A stretch of 64,000 bases of DNA from Bugula neritina (lineage: Eukaryota; Animalia; Bryozoa). A program made the position numbers and the translations under genes. The first letter of the stretch is position 1. Each line of letters begins with the position of its first letter. Of the stretch, positions 52,557-64,000 are shown one piece after another. The notes beneath the pieces are model-generated. The model did not search any database. It was not told the DNA's origin and saw only the letters and a program-made list of their open reading frames with translations. The stretch covers positions 14,870,722-14,934,721 of the forward strand of contig OZ037766.1 of assembly GCA_964035545.1 (NCBI GenBank), given 5' to 3'.

Positions 52557-53684
52557 GGTAAAAATATAAGCATCTATATTGATCAGCTACTAAACTGATG
52601 TACCAAGCAGCACTGTTAGTTGAAAGCATAACAAAAAGTGCTCTTCAAATAGTGAATATTGAAATGGTTTAAAGATTTGAATTTGTAAGTGATCGATTGT
52701 CCCCCTTGCTATGCAGAGGGAGCACAACTATAATTTAAAGAAGTTTAGTTCTAGTATACAAAGTTCAGTGTTATAGGTGTGGCCTGTATCATAATAAGTA
52801 CAGTATGTGTGAAATAAATTGGGCCTGTGTGCATACAAAGATAGAAAATAGTGTGCATGTGAACGATAGAATAGCGTGCTGTATATATAGGGAGAATCAT
52901 TGTAAACAAATGGATAAATTAAGAATGTGTTAGGGTGTGCTCAGCCCAGGATCCTAGACCCTAACCCCAGGTAGTGATGATGAAGATGGTAGTGATGCCG
53001 TGCTTCTGGTATCACCAGAGTGATATACATAATTATGCTCTTTAACCTTTTGTGGCCACTTGACCAATCTAATGGGCTAATACTTTTTGACCTTTTAGCT
53101 TTATTTATTTTTGATGAATATTTATGTGTTTTTGCTGGTAGTGTGAATGTTGTTTCCTTTGTGTTATACTGAGATTTTGGGTTATGCTGATTCTTTCAAA
53201 ATGTAACTAATTGCAATGGAGTTTTTTGTTGTTGTATTATTTGTATTTTTGTATTGTTTTGTTGTTGTTGTATTATCACTTAAGTATCTTTACTGTACTA
53301 CAGCTTTCATTGGTAGACAAGATAGAATAAGGGATAGATAAAGGATACATAAAGTATAAAAAATAAATTCAATCATATGCACCCTGTCAACTGTGAGAAG
53401 CAAAAACAATTTCATGTTAATGCTCATCTAGTACACATAGCCTCCAAGGATTCCAATGACTCAATAGCCAATAGGTTTAATAGTCATAGAGGTAAGAGAA
53501 TTATGGCTATTATGTCAATTATTGCATGATGTTTGCTTTTGATATCCACAAAGCAATTATATACTTTAATACAAAAAAATATATGAAGTATATAAGTTAT
53601 GAGCAAATGTTTGATAGAAAATAACTTCAATGAAGTCAACCATTAGAAACACAATGTAGCAACAGACAATAAAATACAACATTA

Positions 53685-55527
53685 TCATAGCAAGCCTCTT
53701 TGCACCCCAAAACTTTGGTACTCGTTCACTCGTTTCACAAACCAAGGCTCTGGTGTTGCCAAATCTATGCAAGTTTGATTTTGAAGACCGTTTCTACTGA
53801 GCACATATCCATACACAAAGTTGCCAAACCCTTTAAATCTCCTATCTCTCACAGACTTATTAGGTATTGTGCTTTTTATACAAAATTCCATCCATCTCTG
53901 CTTAACAGCCTGAAAACTTAATTTTTCTTTAGTAAAATATGTTCTATTTGCTTCTATGGTTGCCTCCAGTTTGCTTTTAAAATGGTAATATAACTTTGCA
54001 TCAGCTAATGACTTTTCATAAAGGAACGCTTTACTTTCTTTATTATCAGGCATATCTACACCTTCCATAGCTATTTCGTCATACGAACTATTGTTTTTTT
54101 TTCTGAAGTTAACAGCAAATGAGAGAATGTCATCATTACTCCAGCCCAGCATGTCTCTCAGTATGATCAGAGACTCATCAAAGTATTCTACTACCATCAC
54201 CAGATTAAACCTTTTGTCCAACATTTCTATATATTCATCAATAGCTTTTAAAAATGAAAAACGTCTATTTACAAGAAATCCCAAATCAGACATCATTGGA
54301 TTGTATGCATTAATGCCACATATAACTTTTCGGTACGGGAAACCAGATATAATCTCTTTCAGTGTTTTCTTAGAACAGCCTTTCCAGTTTTGATAGGTAT
54401 AAAAAGACCGCATCATCGAAAGGGGTTCTCTGACAATAGTTAAGTAGAATGTATCTTTTTTCATTACTTTTCCAATCTTTTCTGAGAAGACTGAATGAAA
54501 ACACAATATATCAGCTTTTTCTTCTTTGATTGGTCGCATGTGCTTGCTAGGATCAAATGGGTGTGGCCAGCCGGCCATATTAGATAAATCTTTTGGTAGC
54601 ACAAAAGTGAGGTTATTTCTTATCCCGTACCTCATCAGAATGTTCTGTATAGTGGAGCTGGCACATTTGTGTGTTTTTATGAATGCTATGTGCTTTAATG
54701 GAGTCTTTCTTCTTGTGAAATTATAATATGATGTGGTAAGCTCATCTCTCTGGGGGTCAAGCCAAAAATAGCGGTCTGAAAAATAATATAAACTTGTACA
54801 ACTTTTATTTTTGACACGATAATCACATTTTATAACAAACTACTGCACATCAATGTTATATTGATAAAAAGTTTACTAGAAATATATTTATTTTAAAATA
54901 ATGCTTACAATAAAAGGGTTGATGAGGTATTAAAAATAATATTTTACACTTAAAATTAAACACACTATAATAGTTTAAACTGACATCGAAAATTATACTT
55001 CCAATAAACTTTTTCTTTATCAAACTCATGCAAATTTATAATAGCCATCTCTGTGAGAAACCCTTGTTGGAAGGGGTTTTCATTAGAACAGGCTAAGGAC
55101 TTGTTCAAATGAGGCACAGGAACAATTATGACTGGATGCTCTTCCTAACATCGCCAATGGCCTTTGTCGGGGTTCGAACCCATGACTTTGTGTTCACTAA
55201 GCAAACACTCTAACCCCTAGACCGCCGGCTGCTCCCTGTTTTCTTTATCAAACAATATGCTTAAGGTAATACTTTAAAAATACTTGAGAAATTATAATAA
55301 AAGGATTAAAACCCCTAGACTGTACTGAAGACTTGCTGATTTGATAACAAACACAAATCACCAGTCCTGATGCAACATGTTTAGATGACAAACTTACCTT
55401 TAGTTCTGACTGTATTGAAATAAATTGTATTTTTCATATAATATAACATAAGAATCAGAGCAGCTACTGCTGTTGAAATGGCTGCTCTTTTATTTAGCTT
55501 ACCAAACCAGGCTAGATAAAATGGCAT
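53685..55527 (-). CDS. Galactose-3-O-sulfotransferase-like protein, copy 3 (about 406 aa, short stem)
   Basis: Exons 55527-55398 and 54775-53685 (acceptor TTTTTCAG|AC), phase 1; same motifs as copies 1 and 2. Confidence 0.9.
55026..55238 (-). mobile_element. tRNA-derived SINE with 15-bp TSD
   Basis: Minus-strand head with A-box-like CGGTCTAGGGG and B-box GGTTCGAACCC (55170-55181). TSD TTTTCTTTATCAAAC at 55011-55025 and 55239-55253. Absent from the paralogous introns of copies 1 and 2. Confidence 0.88.
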
Positions 55528-56032
55528 AGTAAAAATATAAACACCTAGTAGTTACTAAACTAATGTAACTGGCAACACTGTAAGTTGAACATAAAATGTT
55601 TGATCAATAAGGAATGCAGACTGAAAAACAGAAGCAAATGAAAGTTGAACAATAGCTATTGAATGCATAACAAAAAGTGCTTTAGTAGCTGCTCAAACAT
55701 AGAGTCTTGATTGACTACGTTTTGAATATTGAGAATTTTTAACTTTGTTTAAAAAAGTACATTTGAAGTCCTATAACATAGTTTATACAACTGTATTGGT
55801 AGTAAAATTTCACATTGATACTTATTTAGATGTTTCACGCTCAGAAAGAATAATAATTCTATTAAAATAAAAGCTGACAGGCTTTTAGCTGCATGCAAAA
55901 CTATAGATTATCACTGAAACAAGGACCGCATCAACATCCTTTCACTATTACTCCACCTGAAGTCAACAAGGCTATCCAAATTTAAAAGTAGGTATTATGC
56001 ATTCCACAGTAATCTACACTGATCTATGTGAG

Positions 56033-56170
56033 AATTGTTTTATAAGCAGCTCCGAGTTAGGGGTGACTAAGTACAGTAGTAGGGTTTCTCAAGTTTGGAG
56101 TTTTCCAAACTTGAGAACCCAAGCTACTGTACTCAATCACCCCTAACTCGGAGCTGCTTATAGAACAATT
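56033..56170. repeat. 138-bp palindromic (hairpin) element, related to the 37.1-37.3 kb palindromes
   Basis: AATTGTTTTATAAGCAGCTCCGAGTTAGGGGTGA...TCACCCCTAACTCGGAGCTGCTTATAGAACAATT. The arm resembles TATAAACAGCTCTAAGTTGGGGGTGGCTGAGTGCAGTAGT at 37166-37205. Confidence 0.88.
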
Positions 56171-56354
56171 TGGCTGAGAAAAGGGAGACTTTTTTTAGCT
56201 TCTACTGATTAACAATAATATCAAGCAAACATAGCAATAACATTTTGTTATATAACTTAAATAAAAGTATTACAAAATTATTCCCGTTAGGCATTAGTTC
56301 ATTGAAAACACAACTCCAAATATATTAAGATTTTTGTCTACCAAAATTCGTGTA

Positions 56355-57411
56355 GGGGTAAGGGGGGGGGGGGAGGGGGCACAACGGTTATAGGGGTACA
56401 AAAAGCCGGTCAAATTGTGAGAGAACTTACTGACTTAGAGTTGTGATTTTTCTAATAAAAAGGTAATGACATAATTATTCAGCTATTGTAGTTTTAACGC
56501 TTGCGGAGCATACATGTTGAAAAGGCGAGTTAAAAACTGTTTTTACCTACTTCTCGTAATTTTTTTAAGATGTCAATAAAGCTTTATAACTTTTTACACT
56601 AAAAGGTAACAAGCCTAGTTTTTACTGATATTGCTGCCATTGCCCGTCTCTACATTGCTTAACTAGTATAATAGCAAATTCTAAAACACATTTTCTTTAG
56701 GCCGCATAAATTTTCAACTTGGCCACAATGGGCCACCTGACCATTGCACCCTGATCACTGTTATTAGTTTGTTTGTCTAAAAATTAGTTGAAATGGTAAT
56801 AAAATCTATAGATATAGCCCTTTCTACCCTTCTTTTTGTAAAATATCAAAGACATCATGGTAAGACTACCAAACTACAAGGTTAAGCTGCCCACATATGC
56901 ATCTGGTGAGGCTATGGCATTGTCATTTTATACAAAATACAAAACACTCTGCTGTTGCTACTATAATGGATAGTCATGATATTCATTATACATTATATCA
57001 TATATGAGTGATGTGCGTTTGATTTTGTCTCCTCCTATTATCTGTAGAGGCACAAACTGTACTACTAAAACATTATTTTTGCTGTAGATCTGAAAGAGTA
57101 TTTTTATTTACTTGCGTATAATAAATAAATACAGATTAGAGGCAACCAAATAAGCAAAGTTTCAATATATTTGTTGTGTCCCACCCAGTGGGACCAGTAC
57201 CGGGCAAAATGGGTCGTTTTTTTCGTCATGAAAATTTCATTATTTTGAAGGTTGTGAAAGAAATAGAAACAACAAACCGATACCTGTAATAGACAACTGG
57301 TGTAGCATTTAGACTAGAGACTATTGAACTAGTAACTTAAAAAACAGACCAATGATCGCAAAAAAATTTAAAATCTGGCCCGTTGTGCCCCCTCCTCCCA
57401 CCCATTACCCT
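56355..57411. mobile_element. Non-autonomous TIR DNA transposon remnant (Tc1/mariner-pogo-like, TA-flanked)
   Basis: Imperfect TIRs TA|GGGGTAA...GGAGGGGGCACAACGG and CCGTTGTGCCCCCTCC...TTACCCT|TA; internal GGGCAAAATGGG-like motifs; no ORF. Confidence 0.65.
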
Positions 57412-58470
57412 TACAATATAATCATATTGTCAATAATATTGTGTCAATAATTATCGCTGTAATATATAATTTTATGCCAAAACACTTGTAATGCAATATG
57501 TAATATATGGTGGTAATGGTAAGATGATATATATATCAAAAGAGTAACAGATTATGAGTAAATTTGCCAAAAGTTTTAAATTTATTTAAAATTCTCTTCA
57601 TGACATTACCAATTGTAAATTATATACTTGTCAGCTACAAGTTAGAAAAATAATTGTCTGGAACAGAAGCACCCAGTCGGAAATCATGGGGCTACTGACA
57701 TATATCCCTTAAAGCCTAAAGCTTAAGATTTTAAATCTTGCTCTCATTCATTAGCAAAAAACATTAAATGAGGTAGACTACACTATTGTAGATCAAAGTA
57801 AGACCGTTATAATTGTAATTATAATAAAATGGATGTGTATATAAGGCCAGCATGGTTAGGTATAATGAATTTGTATTGCTTTAACTCTCTATATTCTATA
57901 ACCATAAAATCTTACAGCTTTACCATACAATGTTTACACTAGCAATTCTTCATGCTGATAAAAGACTCTTTTGTGATGCCAACAATATACTGTTTTCATT
58001 TGATAAGTGAACACAATACCTTCCATCAGATCAGTACTGTGAATGTGATTTGAAAAGCACTTGACCATTGTTATAAACCTTTGATTGGTTACTCAATATA
58101 GCTAGTACAGCCAGCACTATAGTTGCTATGCTATTAGCAGCTCACAGGAAATAGATGTCTAGAAGTTGATGCTAATTATAAAAAATTGTGTTGCAGTTGA
58201 AGTGAAATTTATAATTATAAAACATACACCAGGGTAAGCTTTCTTTACTATACTTTTTCCATATCATAGCAAATTATTTACATGCGAAGTTTTAAGTCTG
58301 ATACCTCATCTAAGTTATATAGTAAAATATTTAAGCACTGCTTCAAACTTTGACATAGAAACAGTAAGGAAGCCTGTTAGATTCTATCTTAACTCCATTT
58401 TGACAATTTAACGTTTTAATTATTTGTGCTTTTACACTAATCATTGCAAGCATTTTCTGCAACCTTTAGA

Positions 58471-58791
<321 letters not shown>

Positions 58792-59903
58792 ACTTGCCAC
58801 AGTTTCTACCTTTATAATATGCTATGAACAATTTAGCTCATTTATGTTTACAATCACTTTATTCAGGTCCTGGTGTGTTGCTAATATTTGTTACTACTTG
58901 TCTATCATGTGTACCATTTAGTAGTAGTTATTATTATGCATTGCAATGTATAGAGTCACTATATTAGTGTTTCATAAAAATAATGTGTGGTGATATACTA
59001 TTAGTTTTTGGCATAACATGTACAACTGTCCTATCTCAGTTAGTCAGTTATAAGCATTGGGAACCCATTTAATAAAAGACTGTGACTGCAGGCAAGCTGG
59101 TTCGTGGTAAGTGCAGTAATGGAGTAATTGAGAAAAGCCTGTGTTCTAGATTAGGAATGTAGCATAAGAAGTTATGTTCTCGCGAGAATTTCAACTCGCA
59201 CCCCAAACCAAAATTTAATAATAAAATTAAAGGACTTAGGCTCTCTCAATATCTCCACTACTGCTCCTAAATAGCTGATTCATTACAATACTAGCCCTAG
59301 TCTCAGATCCTTCACTTTATATATGGTCTCAGTCTAACTCCGATTTGCTAAAACCACTGGAAATTAATTACTTTGCTATTGGTGCATTTTTATAGTATCA
59401 TGCTTAATGAAACAGCAACAGCAAAAGTAACAAATAATTTTATTTGAAATGAGTCTATATTGCAAATTATTATTATCATCTCTTGCAAAATATACTTTTG
59501 GGATGGTTTGAAATTGTTGATCTTAGAATATAGCTTTATAACCGGAATAAAAAAATGATAACCACAATATTCTTTTTATTTGATTACTTTGTATTGTTTA
59601 TGTTTAATTAGGCCCACTTTATTCTGCAAATAGTTAAAAATATTAAGCAAAAATATTGTATTATAACAATAAGAATATTTATTAGTTTTGACTCTACAGT
59701 TGCACAGTTTTGATGTAATACTAAGCTCTTGCTTAGAAAATATTTTTTTATAGTTTGCTTGTAAGATAGAAAGAATACTATGCGTGCAGTTATAGCTGAT
59801 ATTTTGTTGAATATTTTGCAAAGGTTGCTTTTGTATATATACATACATGCATAATATGTGTGCGTGTGTGCTTGTGTGTGTGTGTGTGTGCGGGTGTATA
59901 AGA

Positions 59904-62075
59904 ATGTCAAACAGTATTAATAGACCAACATACTTATGCCATCTACAGATGGGCCCAGCTGCCCCACCGCTAGACCAAGGTAGCTCTGCGTTACTCTGGG
60001 CTCTGTGGCATGATGTTGATCCATCAGAATTATTCTTGGAGTCGAAGGAAACAGACAGAGCCACCACAAGCATGTCTTTGCAGTCATATGAGTCACCATA
60101 CAAATACACGCCTAGCTTTGCTTTCCCGAGTCGAAGGTCTCATTATGCTGAAGTAACGAGAGTCAGAGCCAAACAGAATGCTGCCAGAACTAAATACTGT
60201 TCGACAGCGCCATCTATACAACCAATAGTAGAAGAGGAAGAAATAGTGGTTAAAGCTAAACCTTCTATTTGTGAGTAAATATGTTACAAATGCTTAGTTT
60301 TCACATACATTTGCTTTAAAAAGTACATATTGTATAAGCCAAGTTAATACAAGTTGCATGATCATAAAATTATTACATGTCTACTGTAGGTTGAAAGTCA
60401 CTAAGTTTATTAAGCAAAGATCGAGCTATTAGCAATTTGGTTTTCTTACTGTTCCATTAAGTTGATATACCAGTTATTTTCTTTTCATAAAAATTACTTA
60501 AAATGTCCATGACCATTTTTGTGGTCCATAAAACATTAAGTAAGTATAAAAATAGTAAATGTTTAATTAATCCAAATAATTATTATAATAGTTGAAAACT
60601 CTGCATTTCGAGAGTTTGGAGTTGTCTCTACAATAGTTGTTGGGTATTCATAATAATAATAATAATATTATGCAGATTTCTGGAAAAAGTTGATCGCTAT
60701 TACTATCTCTGGCAGTGCTAGGATTGAAAGTACTGCGAATTATTTTTATTGCAATTACTTTCAATAAAATTTACAATTGGTTTAATAATGTAATTTGAAA
60801 CTTGACATAAAACCCTTGTTATAATAGCTTCATGCAACAAAAATATGTATAGTATTTTGGTGAAGCAAAATAATATTTTTTTATAATAAGCTGCTCATAA
60901 ATTTGTTTTGCTTTACATGTATATATTTTTAAAGATATTTTTTTATCAAAATGTAATACTGAATAAGTTGCTGTTTGAATTGTCTATCAAACCAGTAGAC
61001 ATCAACTATTAAATCAATTTGCTGTCAGTTATTTATGATGAAAAACTATTGTATTTTCATCATGACCTTCTCTCAACATTTATATGTCACTACATTGTGT
61101 TTGCCTGTTTAATCAGTAAACAATGTATTGATTTTTTGCTGATATTCAACCAATTAATTCGCTTGAGGTAATTATTTATCTATAAGTCTTTGAAAAAAAG
61201 AGACAGTAGCCAACGACATGACCTTTTACAGATGCCACTTTTTAACAGTTATAAGGCCGGTACAAAGTAAGCATAGCACAGTTTATCAAACAGAAAATTA
61301 AAATTTATAAGAACGTAATTGCTGTTATAATAGTTGCTAATATCTATCAATTGAATTGTCAATTTACATAATGTAGTACTAATGAACAAATATAATAATA
61401 ATAAATATATGTTCTTATAATCATTGATGCACGTAATTTATATTTGTAGTATGTGAGTTTTCTCCCCTTGAAAAACAGAACTCCAACACATTTCTAACAG
61501 AGATGCCAGAGTTTTACAGTATAGACCCGGAGATGGACAATGTTACAAAAATTTGCATGCCAGCATTTTTACCAACAATTCAGGCAAAAACTCAAACTAA
61601 AGATGCAACTGAAAAGCAGACTTCAATAGTTAAAAAATACTTACGGAAAATTGACCTCACCAGAAACACAACACCGACAACACCATATGCAACACAGTCA
61701 CTCCCACTAGAACTAAATGACAATAGGATGGATCACTTGTTTGAGCTAGAAAAATCTGTTCTTCTACATGAGCCAGTTAGAGCCAAGACACAAAAGTCTC
61801 AGAAACGTAAACCTACCAAGTATAGGAGTAGACATAAACCCACAGGAAACAAGAATAAGCTCATTGGGCGAGTTTATTTGGGAGTAGAAAGAGAGCCATC
61901 TTCCACTGGTTATTCACAGAAACCTAACAACTCCACCAGTTCCACTAGAATGTCATACCATTCGATGACAACCCCTCAGGAAGAGCTCATTACTAATTTC
62001 TCAAGAATTAGCATGAGACATGTGCAAGCTACGATAAATAACAAACGGTTAGCACTGTTACCTAGTATAACATGA
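59904..62075 (+). CDS. Uncharacterised, largely low-complexity protein (about 330 aa; two coding exons)
   Basis: Exon about 59904-60270 (donor T|GTGAGT, phase 1) joins acceptor TTTGTAG|TA at 61450, in frame with the 190-aa ORF ending at 62075. The start is uncertain (ATG at 59904 or 59949). No family recognised. Confidence 0.6.
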
Positions 62076-63484
62076 ATGCTAAAGTGACAACGGCTGCATA
62101 TAACTAAAGTTTATCAATAAGTTTCTTGTCAATTTGCTCAATGTTTAGAACTGTTTTATCTTTTATTTTATTGCAATTAAATACTCAAACATGTAGTTGC
62201 TATATCTTCTTATATCATAGAAGATATAATGATTTATAATGTATAAACAATTATAACTTTGCCAATGTTTGCCAGATTTTAAATAAATTGACTGTATAAC
62301 TAATGTATTCCAAACTAATTTCTTTTAACATTTTTTTCATTAGATTTATTTTGAAAAGTTAGATGCCTAACATAATTAGTGAAGTGGTCAGTTTGTGCCT
62401 TTTGCATGCAAGCATAATTGTTATTTTATACATACTTATTATTACGTCAGCATCATTATACTGTATAGTGATGCTATTTTTGTGGTTAGCAAGCAAATAT
62501 AGCCTATATTTGTTAAAACGGGCAGCTTACTTTGTAAATATTTTATAGTTGAACTAACTTTATAGTTTGTTCAAAAAGTGCAAACAATTAATAAAATGAA
62601 TTCATTTTTGATGGACACTTCATTTGCAGCACTATAAAGCTTTTGGTGTAACACAGCAATTAATCCAATGGTACTCAGCTGTAGGTAAATAACATCTAAA
62701 ATGAGGCTAAAACAATATATATGCTAATTTTCCTTTTGAATTCAATATAATCATGTTTAATATAATTGAAAACTTTTGGTGATCGGTGGCTAAAGAAAAC
62801 CTGATTGATCAAATGCCATTCTTAATGAATTAGACAAATACAAAAATCTGTACTGAATTGCTCACGTGTGTATAACAAAACATCAATCGCTGACAATGAA
62901 ATGAGAAAATGTTTAATGCCATTAGGCAACAATTCGTATTTTCTAATTCACAAACTCAATTGTTTCAGTACAAAGAGCTGCCGAGAAATTATATATTTTT
63001 ATGTAACAGTAATGATGTCTGACCTCCTTGCTCAATTTTGATTGGTTCTGACTAACATCAATAGACTGAATAAATGTAACTATAGCCTATACTTCCACTG
63101 CACCTTGCCACTTCATTGTGAAACTACCAGACTCATAATGGGAAAATTATCCAGCTAACCACAAGTTACAGTGAGTACGCATGCAGGATTAGTTTCAAAA
63201 TTACTCCTAATTTTTATTTTATAACAAAACTTATCACAAACCAGTTGATTCACCTGATATATTATAGTGCTACATGATTTTTTAAAAAAAAGGGTATATA
63301 TATTTTTGTTTGAAGAGTATCTAGTGCCTTACATTTACATGTTTTACAAGCAATGTTTTGGAATGACAAAACTAATCATGTAATTTGGATAACTTACTCT
63401 TATGAAGTTGCTTTGTGCAATGTACACAGAAGTTGAAGTAAGTTATATTATGTTATTTCAGACATAGGAATGTAAGTATCAGTC

Positions 63485-64000
63485 ATGTTTACGATAGCCA
63501 ACCAGACTGGCGTAACTCTGCCTCAGCTGTTTGCTCCTAAGGCTGAGCCTGCTGACACAGATGGCATTTCTCTTGCTGGATCCAAAACACAACAAGTACA
63601 AACTTTCAACAGCAACCGCAATGTTACATTACCTCACATATCTCAAAGGTCTAACAGGCCAGCACCAAAGATGGTTCACCAAGTGGCTGTAAACACCGAC
63701 CAGTCATCTATGTTAGAAGCTTTAGAGATCTACAAAAAGTCTCGTTTGACACATAGTCCTGATATAAAAGAAGTTCGATCTACAATATTCCAAACTGTTC
63801 CTTGCCCTACTCCAATCGAAGAGTGTCAAACAATCACACCTCCTCCAAATCCAATGCAAATAAATGTACAAAGGTACATTGGTCCGAAAAAGATTGTGCG
63901 AAAAAGCAGTGTAGAGAAAATTCTAAATGTTGTACAGCAGCCAACATTCAGCAAGCAACTTCCGGTCTCCACCACTCTTCAACGACGTCTGGAAAAGCTA
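63485..64000 (+). CDS. Uncharacterised protein, 3'-partial (at least 172 aa)
   Basis: ATG at 63485 shortly after acceptor TTATTTCAG. The frame is open to the window end (MFTIANQTGVTLPQLFAPK...LQRRLEKL). Candidate upstream non-coding exon with donor GTGAGT at 63171. Confidence 0.65.
   Translation, partial: MFTIANQTGVTLPQLFAPKAEPADTDGISLAGSKTQQVQTFNSNRNVTLPHISQRSNRPAPKMVHQVAVNTDQSSMLEALEIYKKSRLTHSPDIKEVRSTIFQTVPCPTPIEECQTITPPPNPMQINVQRYIGPKKIVRKSSVEKILNVVQQPTFSKQLPVSTTLQRRLEKL

Noticed and set aside
55165-55238. tRNA gene
   Set aside because: No complete cloverleaf; it continues into a repeat body flanked by a TSD, so it is a SINE head.

Overview
AT-rich, intron-rich animal (probably invertebrate) genomic DNA. 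Left to right: (1) the 3' ~21 exons of an RRP5/PDCD11 gene (S1 repeats plus HAT tail, + strand); (2) a convergent secreted two-Ig-domain IMP-L2/ZIG-like gene (- strand); (3) about 12 kb of largely non-coding DNA with microsatellites, SINEs and a chain of fold-back palindromes; (4) a complete, young but defective Gypsy/Metaviridae LTR retrotransposon (38285-46025, - strand, TSD CGAG, tRNA-Leu PBS, gag/pol -1 frameshift signal); (5) three tandem galactose-3-O-sulfotransferase-like genes whose spacers and introns hold a solo LTR of the same family, a MITE and a SINE; (6) two + strand genes of unknown function. The most notable feature is inside the retrotransposon. In the env position it carries an intact, apparently two-exon accessory gene encoding an acidic / tandem zinc-finger / basic / coiled-coil protein, with its own putative internal promoter sharing a 14-bp motif with the LTR. 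All gene models were read by eye from splice signals and phase and are not supported by expression data.
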